Of a stretch of DNA of 64,000 nt, positions 27,046 to 37,073 are shown one piece after another (position 1 is the stretch's first letter; each line of letters opens with the position of its first letter). This stretch comes from Vulcanimicrobiota bacterium (GTDB taxonomy: Bacteria; Vulcanimicrobiota; Xenobia; Xenobiales; JADMJV01). The stretch covers positions 96,001-160,000 of the forward strand of contig JBFWNU010000001.1 in assembly GCA_050250895.1 (NCBI GenBank), read 5' to 3'. The translations under genes were made by a program, and so were the position numbers. Below the pieces are notes generated by a model that was not told the origin of the DNA, did no database searches, and saw nothing but the letters and a program-made list of their open reading frames with translations.

Positions 27046-29745
27046 ATGTTAGATTTCTCTCTTAGCGCCGGCTTTCCGGCCAGTTTCCGTCCGACCGAGG
27101 TCCAACTCCAAGCGACCCCGGGGGTGCCTTTCTCGGAGCAGCTTCTAGCCTTGTGGCAGCAATCTCAGCCCGCAACCATGCCCACTCCCGAACAAGTCGT
27201 GGCCAGTTGGGGCGTGCCGCACCCGCAGCCGTTCATTTGCCCGGCCGAGCCGGCTCTTCCGGCGCCCGCTGGCCAGCCGGTCGCTCAGGCCCACCTTCTC
27301 GCTCCCTCGCTCGAGGTCAAGCCGGCAGAGACCACCCTCGAACCGATCGAGAGCGCTCGGATCCCCGTCTTTCAAGCTGCACCCAAGCCCGTTCCCCAGC
27401 CCGCGGCGGGCCCGGTCGTGGCCCCCCCCACCCGGGCCGTGGCTTCAGACCCGATGGGCTACCAGAGGCAGCCTTCCGAGCGGCCAGCCGGAGTTCAACC
27501 CTCGTGCTCCAGCCTTCCGGTCGTAGCCCAGAGACCCACGATGACACCACCCGTTGCAACCCGGGTCGGCGCTGTCGAGACCGTGCTCGAACCGATAGCC
27601 ACCTTGCCTGTCGTGCCCAAGGAGCCACCGACCCTGGTTGGGGCCGGGCTTTCCGCGTTCGAGCCGACTCCGCCGGAGAGCCTGACCCTGGTGGCCGTCG
27701 AACACCAGCCGAGCTGGGCGCCCCGTGTTCTGAGCCCCGAGGTTCCCACCGCCTCACCCAACGAGCCCGCGCCAGACGTGCCAAGCGAGGAGCAGCCAGA
27801 ACCGGAGGAGGAGCCGGTGGCTCATCAGGTGGACCACTCTTGGGAGCCCGAGCTACCTCGGTTGGAGCAGGAGCCTGAGCAGGATGAAGGGCTCGACCCA
27901 AAACTCGCAGCCGGTTTGCCCCTTTCCCAGCCCAGCTCCGAGCTCGAGCCCGTCACGCCAGGCCCCCAGCCGACCGAAGGCCGGCCTCAGAACCTGGACG
28001 CCCAGGAGTCAACGCCGGACCACGCCCCGGCCAAGGTGCCCGGTCATGTCCCGGTGGAACGACCCGAGCCGCTCCCTCAGCCTTCCCCCCCCGAAGCGAG
28101 CGTCACCCAGACTGCTCCCAGACCTGCTCCCGAGCAAGCCCGGACCAACCCCGGCCCTGAGCGAGTGGTCCCCCTACCGGTCTTTGCTTGCGCGCCGCGG
28201 CCGCAGCCGTCCCCTGTCGACGAACTCGTGCCTGTCTATGGCGCGCGCCCGAAAATCTCGCCGACGGTGGCAGTCCCCCAGCCGGCCCCGGCGCTAAAAC
28301 CGTCGGTGGCCCCGGTGCCGGCCCAACCGACCCCCCGGGCCGGGGTCGCCAGCGAGCCTCAGCCGACCGCCAGACCGCAGCCTCAGTTGCCTGACAGCAA
28401 GCCTCGAGCCACCGTCCCTCAGCTCCCGGCGGCCGCCTTTCTCACCCCCAGGGTCGTGCCCATCCAGGTCCAGGCGATGCCACCGAGCAGCCACGAACCG
28501 ACCGCCCTGGCTATCGAACCGGTCGCACCAGCCCAGCCTTCCGCCGGGATGGTTCCGCTTGCCGACCCGGGACCGGTGCCCGTTTTCCAGCCGGCTCTAC
28601 GCCTCCAACTGGCCGCCATGACCCCTATCGGAAAGCCATCCGGCCGTCAGGCCCAGAGCCTGTCGACCTCGCAGCTTCCGGCCTCGGCCTTTCTGACCCC
28701 TCGGCCGTTTCCGATGGAGCCGCAGCCCGTCCAGCCCAGCCAGCCGTTCTCGCCGCTCCTCCTTCCTGACCAGGAGTTCTCCAAACCAGAAGTCAGCCGG
28801 GGCGAGGTCGCGATGAGCGAGCCCGGTGGCCCCACCACGAGGGTGCAGCCGGTACCGGGAAACGCTGCTCCCCCGGAGCCGCCACGACAGGGTTCCCCCC
28901 GCCCCCAAACGCCGGCCGCGGGGCCCCAAGAGCAACCGGCCTCGCAGCCGGCCTCCCAGACCCTACCGGCGCCGACCCCAGCGCTTTTGCCCCGGGAGGC
29001 GCCGACGGTCGTGATTCCACCCCGGGCTCAAACGGACCCCCAGCCCAAACAACCGGCTCCGGTCAGCCAGGACCCCGACCGATCCCCGGCCCCGGCCGCC
29101 CCCCGGCCGAGGCTGGTGATGATGGAGCAACCCGCAACGGGCGCCGCCCCGGCCCCCGCGCCGAACACCACCGAAGCCACGCCCTCTCGCCTGCCGCAAG
29201 TGTTTGAACCGGCCCTGCCGGTGAAGACCGCGCCCAGGGTCGTTCCCAAAGAAGACAAGCCAGAGCCGGCACCCGAACTCGAACTGGCTGCCGCCAGCCC
29301 CCACCGAAACGAGGGTCCCGAGTTGCCTCGCCACACCGTCCCGGTGGGCTCGGTTGGACGCTTTTTGGCCCGCGAGATCCCCCAGCACCAGCACGGTCAT
29401 ATCGAGATCGAGTTAGACCCTGATCGCCTGGGGCGTTTGCGCATCGAACTCAGGGCCTCGGATGACGGCAAGAAAATCGAAGGCGTTTTGCACGTGAGTG
29501 CCGACCACGCCCGCGACGCCCTCGAGAGCCAGATGCCCGAACTGCGCAAGGCCCTCGCCTCGCAAGGGATCGAGTTGCGCACCCAGGTGGTGGCCGACCC
29601 TTACGGACCCGGCGTGGCTGCCGATAGTAAGGGGGAAGGTCGTCAACCGCGACAGCAGTCGCAACCCGCCTCGGCGGGCCCCGACCTCGCCACCGACGAG
29701 ACGCCGGTCGCCAGCGACCAGGCGCGACGCGGACTCTATGCCTAA
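27046..29745 (+). CDS. fliK: Flagellar hook-length control protein FliK (long, Pro-rich)
   Basis: C-terminal I.L.P..LG.L.I.L...LE.QMPELR.ALASQG domain; located before flgD. Confidence 0.8.
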   Translation: MLDFSLSAGFPASFRPTEVQLQATPGVPFSEQLLALWQQSQPATMPTPEQVVASWGVPHPQPFICPAEPALPAPAGQPVAQAHLLAPSLEVKPAETTLEPIESARIPVFQAAPKPVPQPAAGPVVAPPTRAVASDPMGYQRQPSERPAGVQPSCSSLPVVAQRPTMTPPVATRVGAVETVLEPIATLPVVPKEPPTLVGAGLSAFEPTPPESLTLVAVEHQPSWAPRVLSPEVPTASPNEPAPDVPSEEQPEPEEEPVAHQVDHSWEPELPRLEQEPEQDEGLDPKLAAGLPLSQPSSELEPVTPGPQPTEGRPQNLDAQESTPDHAPAKVPGHVPVERPEPLPQPSPPEASVTQTAPRPAPEQARTNPGPERVVPLPVFACAPRPQPSPVDELVPVYGARPKISPTVAVPQPAPALKPSVAPVPAQPTPRAGVASEPQPTARPQPQLPDSKPRATVPQLPAAAFLTPRVVPIQVQAMPPSSHEPTALAIEPVAPAQPSAGMVPLADPGPVPVFQPALRLQLAAMTPIGKPSGRQAQSLSTSQLPASAFLTPRPFPMEPQPVQPSQPFSPLLLPDQEFSKPEVSRGEVAMSEPGGPTTRVQPVPGNAAPPEPPRQGSPRPQTPAAGPQEQPASQPASQTLPAPTPALLPREAPTVVIPPRAQTDPQPKQPAPVSQDPDRSPAPAAPRPRLVMMEQPATGAAPAPAPNTTEATPSRLPQVFEPALPVKTAPRVVPKEDKPEPAPELELAAASPHRNEGPELPRHTVPVGSVGRFLAREIPQHQHGHIEIELDPDRLGRLRIELRASDDGKKIEGVLHVSADHARDALESQMPELRKALASQGIELRTQVVADPYGPGVAADSKGEGRQPRQQSQPASAGPDLATDETPVASDQARRGLYA

Positions 29746-29754
29746 GGAGGCAAC

Positions 29755-30159
29755 GTGCTCACAATCCAAAACGGGGGGGCTTCCGCCAACACCTCGGCGG
29801 CGTCGTCCTCATCCGGACTGACCAACGCCAGCCAGCGCCAGGACTTTCTCAACCTGCTGCTGGCCCAGCTGACTCAACAAGACCCGCTCGAGCCGATGGA
29901 CAACGAAAAACTGATGAGCCAGATCATCGGCATCGAGACCCTGGACCGACTGGAAGGCCTCAAACAAAGCATGGACGGCCTTACCAAGTCGAGCGCCGTA
30001 GACACCTTCGGTCTGCTCAACAAGCAAGTCGAGCTAACCGTCGATGGCAACGCCATCAAAGGAACCGTCGAGAGTATTCGCCTGAACGGCTCCGAGCCGC
30101 AGGTCGTCATTCACGGGGTGGCCCACCCCATAAGCCAAATTACCGCTGTCAAGAGCTGA
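29755..30159 (+). CDS. flgD: Flagellar hook capping protein FlgD
   Basis: FLNLLLAQL.QQDPLEPMDN. Confidence 0.93.
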   Translation: MLTIQNGGASANTSAASSSSGLTNASQRQDFLNLLLAQLTQQDPLEPMDNEKLMSQIIGIETLDRLEGLKQSMDGLTKSSAVDTFGLLNKQVELTVDGNAIKGTVESIRLNGSEPQVVIHGVAHPISQITAVKS

Positions 30160-30170
30160 AAGGAACATCG

Positions 30171-31430
30171 ATGAGCATTGCGCTTTTTACCGCCGTGTCG
30201 GGACTGAACAACTTCCAGGGAATGCTGGATGTGGTGGCCGACAACATCTCCAACATGAACACCACCGGCTTCAAAGCCAGCCGGGTCAACTTTCAATCGC
30301 TGATGAGCGAGACCCATCTGCCGGCAGCCGCCCCGCGCGGCGAGATGGGGGGACGCAACCCCATCCAGACGGGTCTGGGTAGCACCGTCGGCTCCATCGA
30401 CCGCGTCTTTCGCCAGGGCGCTCTCGAGCAAACCGGTAGCAACACCGACCTGGCCATCACCGGCGACGGCTTTTTCATCGTCCAGGACGGTAGCATCAAC
30501 ACCTACACCCGCAACGGCCACTTTACCGTCGATACGGCGGGCGACCTGGTCGATTCGCAGGGCCACTACGTGCAGGGTTGGCAGGCGACCGACGGTCTGG
30601 TCGACCCCAATGGCCAGCTCGGCAAGGTCAACATTCCCCTGGGTGAACAGATGATTGCCAAGGTCACCGAGAACGTCAGAATGGCCGGCAACCTGGATGC
30701 CTCCTCGGGCGTCTACAGCCCCGGCCCCCCGGCTACGGGCGGCCAGTACACCACCGAGATGACCGTCTATGACGACATCGGCGGCGCCTACAAGGTCCCG
30801 GTCACCTTTACCCGGGTGACTCCGGGTGCGGGCGTGGCCGCCGCCTGGGATTGGACCGCCGACTTCGGTGGCACCAACGTCGGCTCGGGAACGGTGGCCT
30901 TCGACGCCAACGGCCTCTATGACCCCGCCAACTCGACCGGCACCTCCGTCAGCCTCACCCCCACCAACAGCGCCAACCCCTTTACGGTCGACCTGGACTT
31001 TGGCGGGATGACCCAGTTTGTCACCAACGGCGAATATAGCGTGCTGCCAGCCAGCCAGGACGGCTTTCCGGCTGGCACTCTGCTGTCGTTTGACATCGAC
31101 CAGCAGGGGATCATCACAGGCCGCTTCACCAACGGCCAGCTGCGGTCTATCGGCCAGGTGGGCATGGCCTTCTTCGCTAATCCCAAGGGCCTGCAGGGCT
31201 CCGACGGGGGTCGATTCCTCGAGTCGGCCAACAGCGGCGTGGCTCAGGTCGGAGTGCCCGGTTCGGGTCCGCGCGGCTCGCTCAACCCCGGCTCGCTCGA
31301 GATGTCCAACGTCGATCTGACCGGCGAGTTCTCGAAGATGATTCTGGCCCAGCGCGCCTTCCAGGCGAACTCCAAAGTCATCACGACGATGGACGAGATT
31401 TTGAACGAAGTGAACAATCTTAAGAGATAG
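30171..31430 (+). CDS. flgE: Flagellar hook protein FlgE
   Basis: NISNMNTTGFK, DLAI.GDGFF, YTRNG.F, LEMSNVDL..EF..MI.AQRAFQAN. Confidence 0.95.
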   Translation: MSIALFTAVSGLNNFQGMLDVVADNISNMNTTGFKASRVNFQSLMSETHLPAAAPRGEMGGRNPIQTGLGSTVGSIDRVFRQGALEQTGSNTDLAITGDGFFIVQDGSINTYTRNGHFTVDTAGDLVDSQGHYVQGWQATDGLVDPNGQLGKVNIPLGEQMIAKVTENVRMAGNLDASSGVYSPGPPATGGQYTTEMTVYDDIGGAYKVPVTFTRVTPGAGVAAAWDWTADFGGTNVGSGTVAFDANGLYDPANSTGTSVSLTPTNSANPFTVDLDFGGMTQFVTNGEYSVLPASQDGFPAGTLLSFDIDQQGIITGRFTNGQLRSIGQVGMAFFANPKGLQGSDGGRFLESANSGVAQVGVPGSGPRGSLNPGSLEMSNVDLTGEFSKMILAQRAFQANSKVITTMDEILNEVNNLKR

Positions 31431-32219
31431 ATGAACTTCTTAAGTCTCTGGAAAAGGCTCGACATTGCTCCCCTGGTGGGTTTTGCCCTGGGGGGGCTTT
31501 GTATTGCCTGGACCCTGATGGGCGAAGGGGGGAAGCTATCGGCCTTCGTCTCGACTCACGCCTTTCTGGTCGTGGTGGGAGGCAGCTTCGGCGCCTCTCT
31601 GGTGGCCATCCGCTCCCAGGACGTGGCCTCGCTGTTGAGGGTTCTGCCTGCCCTTTTGGGCACCGACAGCGAGGCTCGTCAGCGGCTGGCCACCTATCTC
31701 ATCGGCTGCGCGCGCGTAGCCCGCAACGAGAGCCACCTGCGCCTCGAGGCGTCGGTCGACAAAGCCGAAGAACCGGCCCTCGGCCGCGGCCTGCAACTTC
31801 TGGTCGACGGCCTGGGCGGGGACTTCATCAGCCAGGTCTTCGAACTCGAGAAAGAGCGGGAGCGCAAGATCTATCAGGCAGCCGAGAAATTCTTCGACAG
31901 CCTGGGAGGCTTCTGCCCGACCTTCGGCATCGTGGGCACGGTGATGAGCCTGGTGGGCGTGCTGGGTCACCTCAACCGACCAGAAATGCTGGCCCAGGGA
32001 GTAGCCGAGGCCTTCATCGCCACCTTCTACGGAGTCTTGTTCGCTAACATGGTCTTTCTACCGCTAGCCATGCGGGTCAACCGCATCGCTCAGGACCGTC
32101 TCGAAACCCTCGACATGATTCTGGTCGGGTTGCTGGCGATCGAGCGTCTCGAGCACCCCACCCTGATGCTAGAGCGGCTACAGGTCTATCTGGGACCGGT
32201 CAGGCCGGCCGATGAGTAG
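31431..32219 (+). CDS. motA: Flagellar stator MotA
   Basis: GLQLLVDG, PTFGIVGTV.SLV..L, AFIATFYGV..AN..FLP. Confidence 0.92.
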   Translation: MNFLSLWKRLDIAPLVGFALGGLCIAWTLMGEGGKLSAFVSTHAFLVVVGGSFGASLVAIRSQDVASLLRVLPALLGTDSEARQRLATYLIGCARVARNESHLRLEASVDKAEEPALGRGLQLLVDGLGGDFISQVFELEKERERKIYQAAEKFFDSLGGFCPTFGIVGTVMSLVGVLGHLNRPEMLAQGVAEAFIATFYGVLFANMVFLPLAMRVNRIAQDRLETLDMILVGLLAIERLEHPTLMLERLQVYLGPVRPADE

Positions 32220-33156
32220 CGGCGGTGAATCGGGACGAACCCGCTGGCTGGTTTCTTATGCCGACATGGTGACGCTGTTGTTCGCCCTCTTTCTGATCCT
32301 TTTCGCCCTTTCGTCGGTCGACAACGCCAAGCTCGAAGAGTTGGCCATCGCGCTCAACCAGCGTTTGCGCGATGTCGAGCCGGGCCCGCTAGAGCCGGCC
32401 ACCGGCCAGGTCGAAGACCCCGATCTTCTGCTCGAGCAGGCCTTGCGCCGGCTGGGCGGCAGGTTCAGGGTCGAGCGCGAAGCGCGGGGCGTGGCGGTGG
32501 CCCTGATGGCTGACGGGGTACTGTTCGACTCAGGCCAAGCCGAGATCAAACCCGAGGGCCGACACCTTTTGGGTCAACTCATCGAGGTGGCTCAGGTGGT
32601 CAAAGTTCCTCTGCGCATCGAGGGCCACACTGACGATGTGCCCATCTCGACCGAACTCTACCGCTCCAACTGGGATCTGTCGGTCCATCGCGCTTGCTCG
32701 GTAGCCAGGCTCTTTCTCGAGGCCGGTGTACCCGAAGAGCACTTGTCGGTGATGGGCTTTGGCGAGCAGCGCCCATGCGCGGGCAACGATACCGTCCAGG
32801 GTCGAGCGGCCAATCGGCGAGTGGTGGTTCTTTTCGAGACTCGACAAGGGCGCGCCCCGGCCGAGGACAATCGTATGGATCGAGATGCTAACGAGTCCGA
32901 CAGTCCAGACCTTGATGACCGGGGGCGGTCCCGAACAACTCGCCACCGGCGTGCACATCCTGATCATTCTGACTTTGATCACGTTGGCCCCAGCCTTGTT
33001 GGTGTTGACGACCTCCTTTACCCGCATCGTGGTGGTGCTGGCCCTGATGCGTCAAGCCCTGGGAACTCCCTCGATACCCCCCAACATGGTCTTGATCCCA
33101 CTGGCCCTGTTCTTGACCTTGCTGTCGATGGGCCCCACCCTGGACCGCGTCTATGA
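32212..33156 (+). CDS. motB: Flagellar stator MotB (reading frame runs on over fliP)
   Basis: WLVSYADMVTLLFALF, IEGHTDD.PI, NWDLS..RA, NRRV. Confidence 0.9.
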   Translation: MSSGGESGRTRWLVSYADMVTLLFALFLILFALSSVDNAKLEELAIALNQRLRDVEPGPLEPATGQVEDPDLLLEQALRRLGGRFRVEREARGVAVALMADGVLFDSGQAEIKPEGRHLLGQLIEVAQVVKVPLRIEGHTDDVPISTELYRSNWDLSVHRACSVARLFLEAGVPEEHLSVMGFGEQRPCAGNDTVQGRAANRRVVVLFETRQGRAPAEDNRMDRDANESDSPDLDDRGRSRTTRHRRAHPDHSDFDHVGPSLVGVDDLLYPHRGGAGPDASSPGNSLDTPQHGLDPTGPVLDLAVDGPHPGPRL

Positions 33157-33562
33157 AGAGGCACTGATCCCCTCGCTCAACGGCGAGTTGGCGCCGCTCG
33201 ACGCTTACGCCAAGGCGGCCGCCCCGCTGCGTGACTTCATGCGACGGCAGACCCGACGGGCCGAACTCGAGACCCTGATGGAGTCGGCCCGCCTGCCGAT
33301 GCCCGAGAAACTCGAGGATATTCCCGACCGCGTGCTGGTGCCGGCCTTCGCCCTCTCGGAACTCAAGGCGGCCTTCACGATGGGCTTTCTAATCTTCCTC
33401 AGCTTTATGGCCGTCGACCTGGTGGTGGCCGGCGTCCTGATGGCCCTGGGCATGTTTATGGTCCCGCCCAGCACCATCTCGCTGCCCCTCAAGCTTCTGC
33501 TCTTCGTCATGGCCGACGGTTGGAACCTGATTGCGCATGGCTTGCTTACTAGCTTCCGTTAA
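32885..33562 (+). CDS. fliP: Flagellar export gate protein FliP
   Basis: TSFTRIVVVL..MRQALG...PPN, PAF.LSELK.AF, LGMFMVPP..ISLP.KLLLFV..DGW. Confidence 0.95.
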   Translation: MLTSPTVQTLMTGGGPEQLATGVHILIILTLITLAPALLVLTTSFTRIVVVLALMRQALGTPSIPPNMVLIPLALFLTLLSMGPTLDRVYEEALIPSLNGELAPLDAYAKAAAPLRDFMRRQTRRAELETLMESARLPMPEKLEDIPDRVLVPAFALSELKAAFTMGFLIFLSFMAVDLVVAGVLMALGMFMVPPSTISLPLKLLLFVMADGWNLIAHGLLTSFR

Positions 33563-34612
33563 CACCAGGGGCTTGCGGGCCGGTTGCCCCATCAGCGGGG
33601 CGAAATCCCCGGCCAGGGCGTAGGCAATCGGACGAGTGAACTCGAGCCGTTCGCACAGAATCTTGAAGATGGCCGTGATGGGAGTAGCCAATAACATACC
33701 GATGCCGCCCCAGATAGCTCCCCAAACGGTCAGGGCGAAAAGAATGATGACGGGGTGAAGCTCGAGAGAGTCTCCCATCACCTTGGGCTCGACGACATTG
33801 CCGATGGTGAAATGGATCAAGCCCGGAATGAGGATGGCGGCTACGGCCGCACTGGGAGAAACCCCTGGCGAGAACAGCACCAGGGGCAGGGGCAGCAGAG
33901 TAGAGATAATGGAACCGATGTTGGGAATGAAATTGAGCAAGAAGGCAAACAGCCCGAACACGATGGCCAGATCGATATTGAGGATGAGCAGCACCGCGCC
34001 CACCAGCACCCCCGTGATGACCGAGAGCACGGTCTTGGTAGCGATATAGCTCCTGACGTGGCGGTCGATGTCACCCCACACCCCCGGTAGCGGATCGGTG
34101 CGAGTGGCACCACCGAAGAGAATGAACACCAGCGAGAGGAGCACCACCGTCAGCTGCGATAGCAGGAAGAAAATGCCATTCGTGGTCGCCGCCAACACCG
34201 ACCCGATGCTGGCCGTGAATTCTGAGGTCAGCCGCTCGAACATCTCGTCCTGGCGCTCCTTGGCGAAAGGCAGACGGTCGATGGTCTGGTCAAGCACATA
34301 GCGAAAGCGGGCCACATAGGTCTGGGACTGCTCGGTCAGTTCGGTCACCGAGGTGGTGACCACACCGGCCAAAAGAAACAGCACCACCAGCGACAGGGCC
34401 AGGGTGAGCGAGACCGACAGCGGCCGGGGCAGGTTCCACCGCAAGGTGAACCAATCGATCAGGGGACTCATGACCGAAGCCAGAAAGACCGCCAGCACGA
34501 AGGGGACCATCACGTTGCGCAGCCAGTAGGCCGCCATGCCCGCCGCCACCAAAGCCAGAACCAGCAAGCAAATGGTGCGGATCCGGGCCTCTAGACGGAC
34601 ATAGTCGGGCAT
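33389..34612 (-). CDS. AI-2E family transporter
   Basis: Multi-TM; LLNFIPNIG, GNVVEPKVMG..L.LHP, WG.IWG..GMLLA.P; 3' end overlaps fliP convergently. Confidence 0.9.
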   Translation of the reverse strand: MPDYVRLEARIRTICLLVLALVAAGMAAYWLRNVMVPFVLAVFLASVMSPLIDWFTLRWNLPRPLSVSLTLALSLVVLFLLAGVVTTSVTELTEQSQTYVARFRYVLDQTIDRLPFAKERQDEMFERLTSEFTASIGSVLAATTNGIFFLLSQLTVVLLSLVFILFGGATRTDPLPGVWGDIDRHVRSYIATKTVLSVITGVLVGAVLLILNIDLAIVFGLFAFLLNFIPNIGSIISTLLPLPLVLFSPGVSPSAAVAAILIPGLIHFTIGNVVEPKVMGDSLELHPVIILFALTVWGAIWGGIGMLLATPITAIFKILCERLEFTRPIAYALAGDFAPLMGQPARKPLVLTEASKQAMRNQVPTVGHDEEQKLEGQRDGAGRDHKHAQGHQDAGHHQVDGHKAEED

Positions 34613-34661
34613 GGTGAAGAATTGGGCGAGTCGTCTACCTGTCCTGTCCACCGAAGGGCCC

Positions 34662-34992
34662 AAGTCGGCCCAGCGGCGCGGCGCGAAGCGCCGGCAGGGA
34701 GCGGCGAGAGCGCCCCTGCCGTCGCGAGTCCAGCCTCCTGGACATTCGCTCTCGTCGCTCCCGTCAAGCCGCGGCCGGGCCGACGCACTTCTAGTCGGCC
34801 CAGCGGCGCGGCGCGAAGCGCCGGCAGGGAGCGGCGAGAGCGCCCCTGCCGTCGCGAGTCCAGCCTCCTGGACATTCGCTCTCGTCGCTCCCGTCAAGCC
34901 GCGGCCGGGCCGACGCACTTCTGGTCGGCCCAGCGGCGCGGCGCGAAGCGCCGGCAGGGAGCGGCGAGAGCGCCCCTGCCGTCGCGAGTCCA
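34662..34992. repeat. 130-bp tandem structured repeat (~2.5 copies), same family as 9611-9905
   Basis: GTCGGCCCAGCGG at 34664, 34794 and 34924; terminal inverted repeat GTCGGCCC/GGGCCGAC. Confidence 0.9.
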
Positions 34993-35079
34993 CGGACATT
35001 TGGACTAGTAGGTATTTACCGCACGAGATGGGTGTTTTCCCCACTTGGAATGGGGGTTCGCCCACCGACATAATGGAGT

Positions 35080-36699
35080 ATGGGTTGTCGGGCCAAAAGG
35101 GGAGCCACTCTAGCCACCGCTCTAGTGGTCGGAAGCCTGGCCTTTCTGGCCGCCTTCATCCTGGCCGGCAGCAGCTTCGCCGAACTGGGTTACGCCCAAC
35201 GCATCGGCAACGAGCGTCGCGCCCTCAACCTGGCCGAGTCGGCCACCCAGATGGCAGCCGCTCGCTTGTTGCAAAACGACAGCTACGGCCAGGCTGGCGA
35301 GCAGTTTGAACTCGAACTGGCCGGAGCCTGGGGCGGATTGACCTTCGTGGTCGGCGAAACCCCCTACTCCACCTACAACCTCGACAGCGAGACGGCTGTC
35401 CAGGGCTTTGGCGGCCGGGTCGTTCCACCCCATTCCATCCACCTGGTCGGCTATGCCCGCTGCGCCAACGTGGTGCGGCGCTCGGAAATGGTAATCACGC
35501 GTCCCCCTTTCCCCTTCGTGGTGGCCGCTTCGGGGCCGATCATTTCCCAGGATGGCCTGGTGGTCGGCACCCTGGACGACTCGGGCAACCTCGAGGCCGG
35601 GCCCGACGAGCTACTGCCTGGACACCTGGCCAGCAACAGTTCGGAGCTTTCAGCCATCGAGCTGCGCGGCTCGGGCTTTGTGGCCGGCAACCTGCGGTCG
35701 GTGGGGGGCATCACCCTCGATCCCACCATCGAGGTGCGCGGCCAACAACTGACCGCTCGCGACCCGGTCGAACTCCCCCGCATCGCCCTGAGCGACTTCG
35801 ACCCGGCACGCACGGGCGACCCTTATCAGGACCTGCCGCGAGAAATGGTCGGCCAGACCCTGGTGGGAGTTCACCGCGGTCTCGGCGATCTGACCGTGGT
35901 GGGTGACCTGAACCTATCGGGCGCGACCCTTTTCGTAGATGGCGACCTGACCGTCTATGGGGGAGTGACCGGCAAGGGCCTGGTGGTCGTCACCGGCCAG
36001 GTCAAGCTGGGCGGAGCCGAGCTCTCGAGCCAGAACCAGTCGGTCTTTCTGGCCGGCAGCGATGTCACTTTGAATGGCTCTTCGCAACAGCAAAGCAGCT
36101 TTCAAGGGCTGGTCTACACCGAGGGAAACTTCTCGGCCAGCGATATTCGAGTGGTGGGGGCTTTCGTAGCTAATGGTCCTGATAGCAAGACGGTGCTCGA
36201 ACGGGCCAGCCTGGTGGCTCAGCCCGATTACACGCGTCTTGACCTGGAGGAAGTATTGGCCGAACAAGACTTCGCTTTCGGCTTTCGCGATGCCGGCGCC
36301 GGCATGCCCGATTTGCTGTATCAAACCGGCACGGGTCCGGCCCTGACCGACACGTTCATCGTCAAGGTGCGCCTGATCGAATCCCACGGCCGGCGCCTTC
36401 TGCAGGTGACCAACCCCTTCACCGGCGCCATCCTGGAAGGCGACGAAAGCCAGGCCGGCCAACTGCTGGCCGCGGCGGCCAACGAGGCTGGCCAGCTGGT
36501 CGCACCGTCCGACTTCAAGGTCTGGGACCCGAACCAGACGGTGGGCCGTCAAGAGCGTGCGTATGGCGACCAGCTCGACGAGATGCTGAGTTCGGCTCGA
36601 CCCCCCGCCCAGCTCTCGCCGCGGCTCGGTCACTTCGACCTCAACGAGTTCCTGGGCCGGGACGCCCAATGGTCAGTGCTGGTGTGGAGGTCGATATAA
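35080..36699 (+). CDS. PilX-like pilus assembly / minor pilin protein
   Basis: KRG|ATL hydrophobic N-terminus, RALNLAESA, G.L.V.GDL beta-repeats; first gene of the pilin cluster. Confidence 0.6.
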   Translation: MGCRAKRGATLATALVVGSLAFLAAFILAGSSFAELGYAQRIGNERRALNLAESATQMAAARLLQNDSYGQAGEQFELELAGAWGGLTFVVGETPYSTYNLDSETAVQGFGGRVVPPHSIHLVGYARCANVVRRSEMVITRPPFPFVVAASGPIISQDGLVVGTLDDSGNLEAGPDELLPGHLASNSSELSAIELRGSGFVAGNLRSVGGITLDPTIEVRGQQLTARDPVELPRIALSDFDPARTGDPYQDLPREMVGQTLVGVHRGLGDLTVVGDLNLSGATLFVDGDLTVYGGVTGKGLVVVTGQVKLGGAELSSQNQSVFLAGSDVTLNGSSQQQSSFQGLVYTEGNFSASDIRVVGAFVANGPDSKTVLERASLVAQPDYTRLDLEEVLAEQDFAFGFRDAGAGMPDLLYQTGTGPALTDTFIVKVRLIESHGRRLLQVTNPFTGAILEGDESQAGQLLAAAANEAGQLVAPSDFKVWDPNQTVGRQERAYGDQLDEMLSSARPPAQLSPRLGHFDLNEFLGRDAQWSVLVWRSI

Positions 36700-37073
36700 T
36701 CGCCCGGCGAGGCTTGAGCTTGATGGAGGTGGTGGTCACCACCTCCATTCTGGCCATGGTCTTCATGCTGGTGGCCAATCTCTTCCCCACCAGCTTCATG
36801 GCTTTGCGCACCTCGGGCCAGCGGATGGAGGCCGAGAGCCTGGCCGCAAGCCTGCTCGAAGACTACCGCAGCCGACCCTATTCCCAACTGCCGGTGGGCC
36901 TCGACGTAAGCCCCCAGGCAAGCGGTTCCTATCAAGCGCGGGTTCGGGTCGTGCCCGTGAGCGGCGAAGACCCGACCTATCTGGTCGAACTCCAGGTCGA
37001 GGTGCGCTGGGCCGACAAAGTCGGCTCGCACCAGACCCACCTTTCAAGCTATGTTGCAGCATTACCGCAATAA
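36669..37073 (+). CDS. Type IV prepilin-like protein (PilV-like)
   Basis: RRG|LSLMEVVV class III signal with E5. Confidence 0.8.
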   Translation: MVSAGVEVDIIARRGLSLMEVVVTTSILAMVFMLVANLFPTSFMALRTSGQRMEAESLAASLLEDYRSRPYSQLPVGLDVSPQASGSYQARVRVVPVSGEDPTYLVELQVEVRWADKVGSHQTHLSSYVAALPQ

